Both the position numbers and the translations under genes were made by a program. Under the pieces are notes generated by a model. That model was not told the DNA's origin, searched no databases, and saw only the letters and a list, made by a program, of their open reading frames with translations. From Octopus sinensis (lineage: Eukaryota), in NCBI RefSeq assembly GCF_006345805.1, contig NC_043023.1:5766001-5830000 (forward strand): a DNA stretch of 64,000 bases, read 5' to 3'. Positions 1-14,456 of the stretch are shown here, piece after piece. Position 1 is the first letter of the stretch. The number at the start of each line of letters is the position of its first letter.

Positions 1-140
1 GCCTCTTTGTCTATCCACCTATCTGTCTGTCTATCTGTCTATGTATCTATCCATCTATCTATTTGTTTGCTATCTCTCTCTCTCTCTCTCTCCCTATCTA
101 TCTAACTATCTATCCGTCTATCTATCTGCCTGTCTGTCTT

Positions 141-180
<40 letters not shown>

Positions 181-242
181 ATATATATATTATAATATAT
201 ATATTATATATATATATAAATTGAAGTGTACAGTATTATCTA

Positions 243-274
<32 letters not shown>

Positions 275-891
275 TCTTCTACTATAGACTCAGGCTTTGG
301 TTAGCCAGAGGCTATAGTAGAAGACTCTTGTCCAAGGTGCCACGCAGTGGGACTGAACCTGGAACTATGTGGTTGGTAAACAAGCTACTTACCACACAGC
401 AACTCCTACACCTACACATATATATATTATGTTAAATTGTTGTATGTCCAAATTTGGCCAAATGTATTTTTTTTCAATATTTATTTTTGCTTGCAATAAC
501 CAGTTCTTTTGGCTGAATTACTGTATCTCCAGCTGTTCCAGATGCCAAGATACCAAAAATTGTCAAAGTGTAGTACAATGGTTTTGCTTTGGAATGGTGA
601 ATCTATTATTTCATTTTCTGAAAAAGCAATGTTTTGGTCTTACGACACTTTTGTATAATAGCAATGATATATGATCTCTCAAACAACAATATTACTGACC
701 ACAACTTTGCACTTTTGGCCACTTCACCCCATTGACCAACAATGGTTTAAATGGATGAAACTTTGAAGTATTGTCAATAATATTCTTGCTTAAGGATAAT
801 GAATTTGTACTCTGCAAAAGTAAATATATATATATACATATATATATACATATATATATATATATAATATATATATATATATAATATATAT

Positions 892-922
<31 letters not shown>

Positions 923-1293
923 TATAATATATATATATATATGTATATATAAATGCAAAGAATGATATATGTATATATATATGTGTGTGTGTGTGTATAT
1001 ATATATATGTTATGGTGTGTATATATATATATATATATTATATATATATATATATATCATACATACATATATATATATATATATAATGTATATATAGTTA
1101 ATCCAAACATGAAAACACAAGGAGAAAACACAACAACGTGAGGACGTGGAACAATATAGTATTATTGGACGCTCAGGAAAGAAGGAAAGAAGGAGGGTTT
1201 AACTCGAGTGAGTGGCGGTCAGAAACATCGGAAAAGGAAAGATCCAAAGAAGGGAAGACAGAGGAAAAAATCACCAACGGTACACACACGGAA

Positions 1294-1326
<33 letters not shown>

Positions 1327-1559
1327 ATATATACACATATACATATATATATATGTAGTGCCGGTGGCACATAAAAAGCACCCACTACACTCTCGGAGTG
1401 GTTGGCATTAGGAAGGGCATCAAACTGTAGAAACTCTGCCAGATCAAGATTGGAGCCTGGTGCAGCCATCTAGTTTGTCAGCCCTCAGTCAAAATCATCC
1501 AACCCATGCTAGCATGGAAAGCGGAACGTTAAAACAATGATGATTAATATATATATGTG

Positions 1560-1604
<45 letters not shown>

Positions 1605-1623
1605 TATATGTATGTATTATACG

Positions 1624-1685
<62 letters not shown>

Positions 1686-2554
1686 ACACACACACATTTT
1701 TTTCCATTTATCTATTCACACACAACAGAAGCCCAAACGCAACCTGGAGTACAACAATGACATTACTACTGGACAGAACAGGGTGAAAGCTTAAGGTGGA
1801 TAAGCTCTATACTGTACACTACTATGTTCTTAACAGGCAATCATCATGTATATATCTATGTTCCATTCCTCCGGGTGAAATGCTTAGTGGTATTTCGTCT
1901 GTTGTTACGTTCTGATTTCAAATTCCGCCGAGGTCAACTTTGCCTTTCATCCTTTCGGGGTCGATAAATAAAGTACCAGTTTCGCACTGGGGGCCATATA
2001 TAATCGACTCAATCCCTTCGTCTGTCCTTGTTTGTCCCCTCTATGTTTAGCCCCTTGTGGGCAGTAAAGAAATATATGTTCCATTCCTCCCAGGTCCGTT
2101 TTGACCCAAAACAAAATGATAGTATCTGTCTGGGTCCCATTTATGGGTTAAATAGATATCCCAGGGCTAGAGGAGACTCACATTATTTGACAAAGCCATG
2201 GGGGAGGCAGTCCTTTCCAGAGAAAGATACTCTGACATAAAAATTGCAGTGGCAATAGCACCAGTCATCTAGAAATGCTTCTCACTGAACCCACTTCGGC
2301 AACCGAGGAGAGAAAAGCATAAAGCATGACTACTCTTGGCCCACTAGCATTTTCCCCATTTCTCTGCCCTGGATTGGCAACTGTTCATTGACCCCTGAAA
2401 GGCAAGGTTTACCTCAGTGTGATTTGAACTCATATCGCAGTGTTTCAGAGCAAATCCCACTTGATATCTTACAAGATGCTTTACTGACGATGCAAGTTAT
2501 CCTACCAGGACATGATGGAGAATACTTGTAACATGTAGCCTGGTCTACATGTTA

Positions 2555-3480
2555 CAATTATTGTGTTTGAAAATGAAGGACACTGTCAACCTGAGTCTCA
2601 CACAAATAGGAAAAAAGATAGGATGTGAAAGTCATGGTAAGACTGTCTTCGATTTTAAGTCTCTAGGGGGTAGCTTGATATGCTAGAAATAGCAGCTGAA
2701 ATTGTGTTAATCACACATTATTGTGTTTGAAAGTAAAGGGCATGCTGGATATTGTCAGCCAGAGTCTCACACAAGTAGAAGAAAAGATAAGATGTGATGG
2801 TCATGGTAAGACTCTTCGATTTTAAGTCTCTAGGGAGGTAGCTTGATATGCTAGAAATAGCAGCTGAAATTGTGTTACTCACACATTATTGTTTGAAAGT
2901 GAAGGACATCCTGGATATTGTCAGCCAGTCTCACACAAGTAGGAGAAAAGATAGGATGTGATGGTCATGGTAAGACTGTCTTTGATTTTAAGCCTAGGGG
3001 GGGTAGCTTGATATGCTAGAAATAGCAGCTGAAATTGTGTTAATCACACGTTATTGTGTTTGAAAGTGAAGGACATTCTGGATATTGTCAACCTGAGTCA
3101 CATACATATAAGAAAAAAAATGGGATGGATTGGTCATGGGAGGATTGTTTTTGATTATAAATCTCTAAGGGGTAGTCTGATATGCTGGAAATAGCAGCTA
3201 GAATTATGTTAAATAACATTTCATTGTCTAAAAGTGGAAGACATGTTAGATTTTGTGACACTAGGTTTCTTACATATAGCAAAACAGATGGGATGGACAT
3301 GGTTGGATTGTTTTTGATTATAAGCCTCTGAGGGGTAGCCTGATATGTTAGTAATAGCAGCCAAAATTCTGTAAAATCATATTTTATCATGTTTAAAAGT
3401 GAAGGACATGTTAGACATTTTGACATCTGGGTTTCATACATATAAAGAAAAAAGGATTGGATGGGATGGTCATGAGTGGC
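2555..3480. repeat. Tandem array of about six 160-168 bp units
   Basis: The motif attattgtgtttgaaa recurs at 2557, 2717, 2885 and 3050, then in more diverged copies. Confidence 0.88.
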
Positions 3481-3563
3481 CCGTCGTTGATCATAAGATT
3501 GACTTGGGGCTAAACGACTACAATAGTGACAACAACAACATTACCAACACAATAACAACAACA

Positions 3564-3595
<32 letters not shown>

Positions 3596-4857
3596 AACAC
3601 CAGTACTACTACCATTAGCATTCAGTAGTATCACTGCCATAACAACAGCAGTACTACAGCCAAAACTACAACAGAACTACCACTTGTACCACAACAGGTC
3701 TATCACTACAACCACCACCACAACTACGGCAGTAGTACCACAACCACCACTGTCACTACAACAGTACAATCACCACTACAATAGCAATAATAATGCTATT
3801 TCTACATCAGCAATAGTACTACATCCGCCACCACAACAACACTTCCACCACCACCACCACAACACAACTGCCACTTATACAACCAACCACACTACCACTA
3901 CAACAACAGAAACACTACTACTACTACTACTGCCACCGCTACGATACAACCCTACTACCACTGATACAATAACAGTACTACAACCCACACAACAACATAA
4001 CACTACCACTTATACGCAACAACACTTACCTTATTGATCAAACTCCGGATGGATATAAATATGGAAGACACGCCAAGACTGCTTTGCAATGTTTTTGCCT
4101 TTCCGTCGATATCTCTTTAAAACATATGTTTATATATTTTTAAGGGGTCCAATACTGACCCCATAAACAGGTAGTGGGTAGTATAGGCGTTAGTGAGAGC
4201 AGTGGTGTCTCTGCTACTGTGTTTCAGAGGTAGAACTACACGAAGAGAACGAGAAAGTGTTCGTCTGTATGGTTTAAAAACCAACATCAAAATTGCGTAT
4301 GTTGCATTCCTCCGCTTAAATATATTTATCTTTAAGGGGTTTAGGCTTGACACCTAAACAATTAATGAGTAGTATAGGCGCTAGTAACAGCAGTGGTGTC
4401 CCTACTGCTGTGTTACAGTGGTAGAATCATACGAAGAGAGAGAGAAACAGTCCATCTGCGTGGTTTAAAGTCAACATCAAAACCGCGAATTCTTCATTCT
4501 TTCTCCTGGAATGTATTACGTTTCTTTTAAAGGATTTCAAGACAGCCCCCTTAAATGGTTGGTGAATGGTATGGGTGCTAGTAACAGCAGTAGTGTTGGT
4601 GGTGCTGCTGTAGCAGTGGTTGTGCTATAGTAGAAGAAAAAAAGGGGGGCGCTTGAATAACGAGGGAGAGAGAGAGAACGTGTGTGTGTCTGTGTGTATG
4701 GCTGTATCGATAGTGAAAGTAAGTTAAATGTTTTCAACTGCAGAGGAAGAAGACTTCGCGCCTCACCACAACGACGACGACGACCACGGCATGGAATGGA
4801 GTGAGAGACAGGGTAGTAGTAGTAGTGGTGGTGGTGGTGGTGGTGGTGGTGGTAGTG

Positions 4858-4901
<44 letters not shown>

Positions 4902-4920
4902 GGTGGTAGTGGTGGTGCTG

Positions 4921-4960
<40 letters not shown>

Positions 4961-5694
4961 CAGTAGTAGTAGTAGTAGTAGTAGTAGTAGCAACAGTGGT
5001 TGTAGTAGTAGTAGTAGTAGTTGTTGTAGTAGTAGTAGTAGTAGTAGTAGTAGTATAGTAGTAGTAGTAGTAGTAGTAGCTACAGTGGTTGTAGTTGTAG
5101 TAGTAGTAAGTAGTAGTAGTAGTAGCAACAGTGGTTGTAGTAGTAGAAGTTGTAGTTGTAGTAGTAGTAGTTGTTACAGTGGTTGTTGTAGTATAGTAGT
5201 TACAGTGGTTATAGTAGTAGTAGGGGTAGAAATTTGTAGTAGTTGTTGAGCTTGTGGTGGTTGCAGTGGTAGTATTGGCGATTGTGTTTGTGGTGGTGGT
5301 AGTGGTGGGGCTGTGTTATTGCTGCTGTTGTAGTTGTTACAATGTAGAGAGGGAATTTTTGGTGGTGGTGGTGGTGGTAGTGGTGGTGAATGAGGCGGTA
5401 GTGCATGATTGTATTATAACCATGATGGTGGTATTGGTAGTGGAGTAGTATAGGTGGTAGTGTAGTGAAATACTTATGGTGGTATTACAGTAGCGATAGT
5501 GTTGGTGATAGTTATGGTGGTAGTTGAGGCAGCAGTGGAGGTGATCTGGTGGTAGTGGTTGTAGTGGTGATGGTGGTTGTGGTGGCAGTGGCGGCAGTGG
5601 TGGTGGTGGTGGCAGCTATGTGATAGTGCTTAGGTGGTAGTATAGCTAATGTGGTGATGTAGTGTTGGTGGTAGTTTAGTGGTGATGGTGGAAC

Positions 5695-6130
5695 TTGTTT
5701 TTTGGCCCTTGGTCAGTCCTGATCTGGTAGACCTATGATCAAAGATGTTCCGATTATGACCACCCTCACTTTTATTCAGGCATAGTGTATCTAGGACTAC
5801 ATATTCTAATGTACAGTATAGCAGCTATAGTTGTTGTTCAGCCCTAGGGCAGTCCTAATCCAGGAGACAGACCTATGATCAAAGATGTTCCAGTTGTGAT
5901 CATCCATCCCATCTCTTATTCAGACATAGTGTATCTTGGACTACATTATCTAATGTACAGTATAGTAGTTAGTATTAGTAAAAATAGCTGTTGTTTAGCC
6001 CTAGGTCGGTCCTAATCCAGCAGACTTTTGATTGAATGTGTTCCAGCTTTGGCCATCACATCTTTGACCCAAATCTAGTGTATCCAAAACAAAACAGCAT
6101 GGTGGGATTTGAGGGAAATTGGCTGCTATT
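5695..6130. repeat. Tandem 125-150 bp units (gacctatgatcaaagatgttcc...ggactacattatctaatg); related array at 55880-56785
   Basis: The repeated motif is read directly in both regions. Confidence 0.8.
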
Positions 6131-6409
6131 TATTGTGTTTCTATCAACCACATAGTGGCTTCCTTGCTGGTGTGATAGAGGTTCTTTGGGATGAAAACAG
6201 TAGTGGTGGTGATGGAAGTGGTAGTGAATGGTGGTTATGGTGGAGATGATGGTGTTGGTGATGTTGATGATGATGTGGTGGTGGTGGTGGTAGTGGTGGT
6301 GGTGTGGTGCAGTCGTTGCAGAAGAAGTATATTGATTTTTGTTGTTTTAACTCTGGGTCAGTCCTAATCCCACAGACCTAGGATCAAAGGCATATTTGCT
6401 ATGATGGAT

Positions 6410-6600
6410 GATGGGTCTCTTTGAGCACAACAAATTAACCAATCATCTGAATCCTTTGTCATCTCCTCAGTGAGGCTCAGCATCTTGAGATCAGCCTTCC
6501 CTATTTTATTCCATGTCTTCCTGGGTCTCCCTCTTCCACAAGTTCCATCCACATTAAGTGCTCTGTACTTCTTTAAGCAGCAGCTTTCCTCATTCAATTT
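6410..6600 (-). mobile_element. RTE-clade LINE 3' coding remnant
   Basis: Reads LNVDGTCGRGRPRKTWNKIGKADLKML...DSDDW (the RTE C-terminal GxRxRGRPRxxW motif). Confidence 0.75.
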
Positions 6601-6739
6601 TCCCAGTCTACAGAGAAACAGCTAAACTAGCTCTGTTTATATATCTACTATGCTTGATCATTAAATCCACAAGTTTTTTTTTAAGTTCTCTCTCTGTTTA
6701 CTTCTTCTTATTCCTTTCTGTTGAAGAGCATAGGCTCAA

Positions 6740-7668
6740 AACATAAAAGACATTCTCACTTTCCCGAGCATCAAACTCATTGAGCTTTTCATATAGACCT
6801 ATCTAGTATGCTCCAAAGATTTTCAATTGGGTTCATGTTAGGAGATTGACTCGGCCAAGGAAGCTTTTGATCCCATTTTCAGTCAACCATTGTCGATTCC
6901 TTTCTGCTGTGTGACATGGAGCCCCATCTTCCATGAATAAAAACTCATTTTTCGTAATGTTATCATGTGAATACATCGGAAGTAGTCCTTGCTTAAGTAT
7001 TTCGATGTATTTTTCAGAGTTTATGGTTCCAACACATTCGATCAGCTCAGAACGACCATTGCTGGTGACAACTCCCCATACCATTACAGAGTTACTGCCA
7101 TGTTTCACAGTTGGTTGGAGTTGTTTCAAATCAAATTCTTGATTGGGAAGCCTCCAGACACAAACACGTCCACAGTCTGAAATTAATGCAGATCTGGATT
7201 CATCTGAGAAAATCACTCTATCTCAAAATGAACTGGATTTTTCTGACATCTCCTTCGCCCATTTCTTTCTTCTCATGATATCAATTGGTTGAGGGAGAGG
7301 TTTTCTTCTGCCTGCTCGTCCTATGGATGAGCAGCTAGAAGAAAACTCAAGCTTATACAGATATGTAACACATGTTCTTGGACTAACTTCTAGCTGATTT
7401 GCAATGTCAGAAACCTTCAAACGGGTTCGTTTTCCACAATTCTCTTCAAACAGTGAAGCTTCCTTTCCAAGGGCCCAGGTCGGCTGGGACAAGAATCTGT
7501 TGAGTCTTTTCCTTGGCTTTTGAATTGCAATATAATTCTATTAACAGTAGCAAGAGGAATTTGAAGATTTTCAGCAATTTTTCACTGGTTAAGACCAGCC
7601 TCAGATTGCCCAACAATACAACCTCTTTGAAAATCTGACAGTTCTGCGGAATCTTTTGTGTGTGGCAT
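6740..7668 (-). mobile_element. Tc1-family (DD34E) transposase pseudogene
   Basis: The minus strand reads MPHTKDSAELSDFQRGCIVG...(HTH region)...F*DRVIFSDES...VKHGSNSVMVWG...FMEDGAPCH, then after a frameshift WPSQSPNMNPIENLWSIL. It carries stops and frameshifts. Confidence 0.92.
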
Positions 7669-8771
7669 GGTTACTCTTCGCAGATGTTTGATATAATGGC
7701 ACCTGGAATGAAAAAGAATAACTAGAATTGTAAATTCTACACCGCTGAAAACATATTAAGACTCTTAGATCAGAAATTTTTGAAAATAAAAGGTGTCTCT
7801 TTTACTCTTTTACTTGTTTTAGTCATTTGACTGTGGCCATGCTGGAGCACCACCTTTAGTCGAGCACATTGACCCCAGGACTTATTCTTAGTAAGCCTAG
7901 TACTTATTCTATTGGTATCTTTTGTTACAGGGATGTAAACACACCAGCATTGGTTGTCAACATATATATATATATACACAAATATATGATGGGTTTTTTT
8001 CAGTTTCCGTCTACCAAATCTACCCACAAGGCTTTGGTCGGCCTGAGGCTATAGAAGAAGACACTTGCCCAAGGTGGTTTGTAAGCAAGCTACTTACCAC
8101 ACAGCCACTCCTACACCTATTTACTTCCTGCATGTCTGTGTATATATATACATACATATATACATATCACATGACCATGTGACTGATTAAACTATCAGAT
8201 GTTGTTACACATCGCTGGTCACAATGTACTTAGCATTGTTTTAGCCTTCAAATGATTCCCCCACTGCTGGCTAGGTGAGCAAGCTAACATTTCCCCTTGA
8301 TCGAAAGGGTAAACTGGGGCAATGTGAAATGAAGTGTTTTGCTCAAGAACACAACATGCTGCCCAGTCTGAGAACTGAACCCATGATCTAGCGATTGTGA
8401 GTGAAACACCCTAACCACTCATCTTCACACTCACACACACATAAACACACACAGATATATTTACAGACATACATACATATACATACACCATATATATATA
8501 TATATTTATAAAACCCTTGATTATATATATATATATATAACCCTTGATTCAGTAACACTGTGTAGAAACTCTATACTTGGAATGACCAATTTTAAATACT
8601 ATTGGATTTTACTCATACGGTATTGGAATCTTATATGTATACCATTCTGTCTAAATAAAGGATCTACAATTACAATATCCCTGCATATCTCACATCTATT
8701 TTCATTCCTCCACCTCACTCTCTATTTCGTATCTTATCTAAATTAACTATTGCTTAACCATCTTCTCACAC

Positions 8772-8822
8772 CATCTCTGATGAAGGGATATAATAAATAT
8801 CCTTGAAACAGCTGTAAGACCT
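8772..8822 (+). ncRNA. Hammerhead ribozyme motif (Penelope type)
   Basis: TCT-CTGATGA-AGGGATAT AATAA ATATCCTT-GAAA-CAGCTG-TA^AGA. Confidence 0.6.
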
Positions 8823-8896
8823 TCTATTTATAAATGTCCCTAAATCTACACAGCCTTGGATTTTTTATCTCATTACAAAGAAAAATTTTATATATA

Positions 8897-9076
8897 GGCG
8901 CAGGAGTGGCTGTGTGGTAAGTAGCTTGTTTACCAACCACATTGTTCTGGGTTCAGTCCCACTGCGTGGCACCTTGGGAAAGTGTCCTTCTACTATAAGC
9001 CTCGGGCCGACCAAAGCCTCGGGAGTGGATTTGGTAGACGGAAACTGAAAGAAACCCATTATATATATATATATAG

Positions 9077-9119
<43 letters not shown>

Positions 9120-9355
9120 TATATATATATGTGTGTGTGGTGTGTGTGTGTGTTTGTTGTCTGTGTTTGTCCCCACTAGCATTGCTTGACAACCAATGCT
9201 GGTGTGTTTATGTCCCCATTACTTAGCAGTTCAGCAAAAGAGACCAATAGAATAAGTACTGGGCTTACAAAAGAATAAGTCCCAGGGTCGTGTTGCTCGA
9301 CTAAAAGGCGGTGCTCCAGCATGGCCACAGTCAAATTACTGAAACAAGTAAAAGA
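8897..9355 (+). mobile_element. SINE family A (tRNA-like head, CORE-like ccttgggcaagtg box, internal AT/GT microsatellite, (AAAGAGT) tail); full copy
   Basis: A box tggctgtgtgg and B box ggttcagtccc. About 25 full or partial copies are spread through the window. Confidence 0.9.
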
Positions 9356-9541
9356 AAAAAGAAAAAAAGAATATATATATATAAAGCAAAAGTGCTAGTT
9401 CAAAAAATCTCATTAAGAGATTAATGCAGTAGTTGTTTGGACAAGTAATATTCGTAGCCACTTTAACATGGCTGTCCTTCCAAGTAGAGTCTGCTTGAAC
9501 AGACAGACATGTTAAAGTGGCTACGAATATTACTTGTGTGT

Positions 9542-9581
<40 letters not shown>

Positions 9582-10168
9582 CAAAGGAAGTTATATGCAG
9601 TATAGAACTAAGAAGGAAAAATTCAGTTGTCACTAATTGTGACTGAGAGTACTGGGTAGTACCTGTATTGCTAGAAATAAGAAGTTAAAACCCTTACAGC
9701 CACAAGAAAGCACATTTTCATATGCTGACAGGGGAGATAACCACCTACAAGACTAGTTTTGCTTGAAAAATTACAGGTTCAGCAGTAGTGACTATTCCAT
9801 CACAAATAGTTTGGCTAAATCCCAACTGTCAGTACATATACATATATAAATGTAAACACTGGCAGAAACATCCTTTTTACTCATATAAATGATTTCGATA
9901 GTCATTATAGCTTGAACAATTAGCTTAACGAGCACTTCACTTCAATAGAGAAATCCTTTCCTAAGCCTTTGAACATTCTTTTAATCAACGTACACCTCCC
10001 TCTCTATTTGTTCCCTATTTATTATTCCTTTAACCCTTTTCTTCCTACTATCTAACTTTGACGTCAATTCTACTAATGCCTTTTTTAAACACTTATTAAT
10101 GTTTTGTTAATCATGTAGGCAGTCATCGTAATTATTATTTTGTCTTGTTGTTGAGAGAGGCTCCCTTT

Positions 10169-10250
10169 CTTTCCTGATGAGAAGATTGCATCTAACACCG
10201 TTCATTCCTTTGGAATAAAACCATGTTGTCTTCGAAACATATGTTGAAAG
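10169..10250 (+). ncRNA. Hammerhead ribozyme motif (Penelope type)
   Basis: CTTTC-CTGATGA-GAAGA[loop]TCTTC-GAAA-CATATG-TT^GAAAG; stems I and II pair perfectly. A degenerate homologue lies at 29511-29590. Confidence 0.65.
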
Positions 10251-10769
10251 TAAAGGAATTTTATTAACATCTTCATTCAACTCCATTTATTTATTTATTC
10301 ATATATATATTGGAGGTATCGGCGGTGGCTATACCAGAATACGGAGCTATTTCTAGCACTAGAGTTGACCTATTTAACGTTAACTCTCTTATATTTACGG
10401 ATATATAGATATATATATATAGATATATATATAATTATATAATATATAATATATATATATGACTTATAAACGCGTGATGAATTATATGGTTATTGACAAT
10501 GTCTGTTTTCAGTATATTTGGCATTAGAAATTTTTTTCTTTTGCCCTTGTTTATGAATTGTTTATAAATTTAACCTTTAAAGGTATTTTTTTAATAAGCT
10601 GGCCTTTGATAGAATTTTTCAAAAAATTTTATCCAATTTAGATATATATATATATATATATATCTAACGGGAAGGTTTACGAAAATAAACAAAAGACGAA
10701 GGCAGGTGGAGTACAAACAAACAATTGTATTAGTATGGCACTCAAGAATAGAAATAAAACAATATATAT

Positions 10770-10835
<66 letters not shown>

Positions 10836-11589
10836 GGTGGCGAATACTTGTTATAAATATCACCACCAGTGGCCTAGCATTTATAAAAAGTCAATAGACA
10901 ACATATTCGTATCTCAAAACAGGTAATTTTATATGCTAGAAATAGAAGCCAACACGGCCAAAAACCACAATTTTATCGCAAATTTCAAAGTAAATGAAAA
11001 ATAAAAACCTTTACCTTATTTTATATTATATATATATATACATATATATATATGTGTGTGTGATTAATGAGAGAGACTGAAAACGAATGATACAAGAATA
11101 TTCATTAATCACTACAGTTTTTCAACTCATCTGGCATTGATCCCTTATGGGTGGGATACTGCACAACTGGTTTAGGAGTATCCTAGGGTGTTGATGTGTC
11201 TCTTCGGTGATTACAAGATGTTTCTCATTAAAATAAACTTTCTTATATCTTTCATCTTCCGTTTCTCTCTCATTAATCAAATACACAACTGTGAAAGTGA
11301 ATGTACTTTACAGGTAACCTACCAGGTGTATACCATGCGATTTATTATCTAATACTATGTACGTGTGTGTGTGTGTGCATGTGTGTGTGTGTGTGTACGT
11401 GCATGTGGATGCATGTGTGTGTAGTTTCCATCTACTAAATCCCCTCACAAGACTTTGGTCAGCCTGAAGCTATAATAGAAGACACTTGGCCATGGTTCCA
11501 TGCAGTGGAACTGAACCTGAAACTATGTGGTTAGAAGCAAACCTCCTACCGCACAGCCACACCTGTATGTATATATTTATATACACACC

Positions 11590-12050
11590 CAAGGGATGTT
11601 TAATAAAGATTTCCCCTGACCCACTTCCCAATGACTGGGATAAATGAAACTTCTCATAATTGTTAGTCCTTCTCTACATGGCCACCATTAATGGTGACAC
11701 ACTTCTCCCATCACTTTATGGAGCTGTGAAGACCTTCTCTGTAGAAGGTGGAAGACTGCGTCTGGAGTCAAAACTTTACCTCGGAAATAAGTTCATCATC
11801 CTCCAAAAAGTGCTTCCTCTTAAAAAAGACTTCATGGTTGGAGAGAGGTAGAAGTCAGATGGTGTGAGGTCAGGAGAGTAAGGAGGATGAGGAAGGATGT
11901 CATAGTTGCAGGAGTGTGCTTTCATCAGGGCAACATGCACATTGTGAGATGAGGCATTATCTTGGAGGAGTCGAACTCTTTTTCTTCCTCTGTTTTCCCT
12001 TCTATTGGACTTTCCTCTGTATCCGAAGAAGAGCGTCTACTCAAAACATT
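11590..12050 (-). mobile_element. mariner-family transposase C-terminal remnant
   Basis: The minus strand reads LLQDNASSH...ILPHPPYSPDLTPSDFYL (the mariner YSPDLAP motif). Weaker upstream fragments may lie at about 12250-12350, 12760-12820 and 13380-13420, between SINE insertions. Confidence 0.85.
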
Positions 12051-12829
12051 AAACCATCTTTCTTTCCTTCCCTGAACATCTGCTAATACTTTACATGTAC
12101 CATACCCTTGCGTTGTTTTTTGTGTTTGTTTTTCTCTTTGGATTTACTGTATATGTGTGTGTGTGTGTGTTTGTGTATGTGTGTTTGTGTGTGTGTGTTT
12201 GTGTGTGTGTGCATGTATCATCATCATCGATTAACATCAGTTGCCTCAGAAACCTCACTGAGGAGCTTTGAGTCAGCCCTGACACCTGGGTAACAAAAGC
12301 ACAAGGAAGGAGTGGGTATTTTTGAAAAAAGACATGCATTTTTTATGCTGAACTTAAATGATGTGGTGTTATGAGCCAGGCTGTGTTGGAGGGAAGGACC
12401 AGAAGTGAGGGCGTGTGCAGGTCATGTCGGAAGTGGGGCCTGCAGTTACCATCGGAAGGGCTGTGGTGGGCATGCAGGGTCCATGAGGCGTGAGCAAGCA
12501 GTTCCCAGCTTGTGTATGAGAGCAGATGTGTTGGTTGGTCCAGCAGTAGACAGACCGCGAAGGCGGCGAGCTGGCAGAAACGTTAGCATGCCAGGCGAAA
12601 TGGTTAGCAGTATTTCGTCTGCCGCTACGTTCTGAGTTCAAATTCCGCCGAGGTTGACTTTGCCTTTCATCCTTTAGGAGTCGATTAATTAAGTACCAGT
12701 TACGTACTGGGGTCGATATAATCGACTTAATCCTTCCAATGAAGCCACAAGTGTAAAACATAATTTTGTCTGAGTGTACAGTGTTCTTAACGGTCAGTGA
12801 TGGTCTTCCATATTTCAAGGGGCTAAACA

Positions 12830-13370
12830 TAAAGGGGACAAACAAGGATAGACAAAGGGATTAAGTCGATTACATCAACCCCAGTTACTGGTACTGAAAG
12901 GATGAAAGGCTAAGTCGACCTCGGCAGAATTTAAACTCAGAATGTAGCGGCAGACGAAATACCTATTTCTTTACTGCCCACAAGGGGCTACACACAGAGA
13001 GGACAAACAAGGACAGACAAATGGATTAAGTCGATTATATCGACCCCAGTGCATAACTGGTACTTATTTAATCGACCCCGACAGGATGAAAGTCGACCAT
13101 GGCGGAATTTGAACTCAGAACGGTAGCGGCAGATGAAATACCGCTAAGCATTTCGCTTGGCGTGCTAACATTTCTTATTTCTTTATTGCCCACAAGGGGC
13201 TAAATATAGAGGGACAAACAAAGACAGACAAAGAGATTAAGTCGATTACATTGACCCCAGTGCGTAAATGGTGCTTAATTTATCGACCCCGAAAGGATGA
13301 AAGGCAAAGTCGACCTCGGCGGAATTTGAACTCAGAATGGTAGCGGCAGACGAAATACTGCTAAGCTAAT
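12830..13370 (-). mobile_element. SINE family B trimer
   Basis: Three head-to-tail units containing gagttcaaattccgccgaggtcgactttgcctttcatcctttcggggtcgat, on the minus strand. Confidence 0.88.
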
Positions 13371-13547
13371 CTGCCGTCTTCAGTGATGGTCTTCGTTGGT
13401 CACGAGTGGACAGCCATCATGTATGTGTGTGTGATGGCAGTTGTGTTGGTTGTGTGGTGGTAGTGGTGGTGGCAATGGTGGTGGTTGTGCTGGACAGCTG
13501 ATAAATATTGATGCGGCTGACTGATTTGCAAAGAGAAAAATTGTGTG

Positions 13548-13587
<40 letters not shown>

Positions 13588-13979
13588 AGTGTGTATGTGT
13601 GTCTGTGTGTGTGTATGAGTGTGTGTGGGAGTATGTGTGTGTGTGTGAGTGTGTGTGTGTGAGTGTGTATCAGAGTGTGTGTGTGTGTGAGTGTGTGTAT
13701 GTATGAGTGTGTGTGTGTTTGCAGGTATCAATGAAAGAATAAGAATAGGGTGGTCGTAGTTGGGTATGTCTGCAGGACAAAGTAAAAGGAAAGAAGAGGT
13801 GAGAGATAAAGAGAGAAAGAAAGAGATGGAGGGAGAGGAAATGTGTATCAATGAAAGGAGAAGGAAGAGGAAGTGGCTAGAGTTAGTTGCTGGAAGAGAC
13901 GGAGAAAGGAAGTAAGATATGAGAGAGAGGGAAAGAGAAAATAAAGAGGGAGTATGTCTGTGTGAGTGTTAATGAATTG

Positions 13980-14416
13980 CAGAGGAAGGAAAGGGTTTGA
14001 TACCGAGAGAGGGAGACAGGGAGAGAAAGAGAGAGAGAGAGACAGGGAGAGAAAGAGAGAGAGACAGGGAAAGAAAGAGAGAGAGACAGGGAAAGAAAGA
14101 GAGAGAGAGAGACTGGGAGAGAAAGCGAGAGAGAGAGACAGGGAGAGAAACAGAGAGAGACAGGGAGAGAAAGAGAGAGAGAGAGACTGGGGAGAAAAGA
14201 GAAAGAAAAGAGGAGAGACAGGGGGAGAAAGAGAGAGAAAGACAGGGGGAAAGAAAGAAGAGAGAGACAGGGGAAGAGAAAGAGAGAGAGAGAGAGAGGG
14301 AGAGAACTGGAGAGAGAAAGCGAGAGAGAGAGAACAGGGAGAGAAACAGAGAGGACAGGGAGAGAAAGAGAGAGAGAGAGACTGGGAGAGAAAGCGAGAG
14401 AGAGAGACGGGGGAGA

Positions 14417-14456
<40 letters not shown>

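Noticed and set aside
3399-5448. Thr-rich mucin-like and Ser/Gly-rich ORFs
   Set aside because: These are trinucleotide microsatellites with poly-amino-acid runs in every frame. There are no splice signals or non-repetitive domains.
7217-7225. In-frame TGA between two Tc1 ORFs as possible readthrough or selenocysteine
   Set aside because: It is best explained as a TGG-to-TGA nonsense mutation of the conserved Trp before VIFSDE. Other stops and frameshifts show that the copy is dead.
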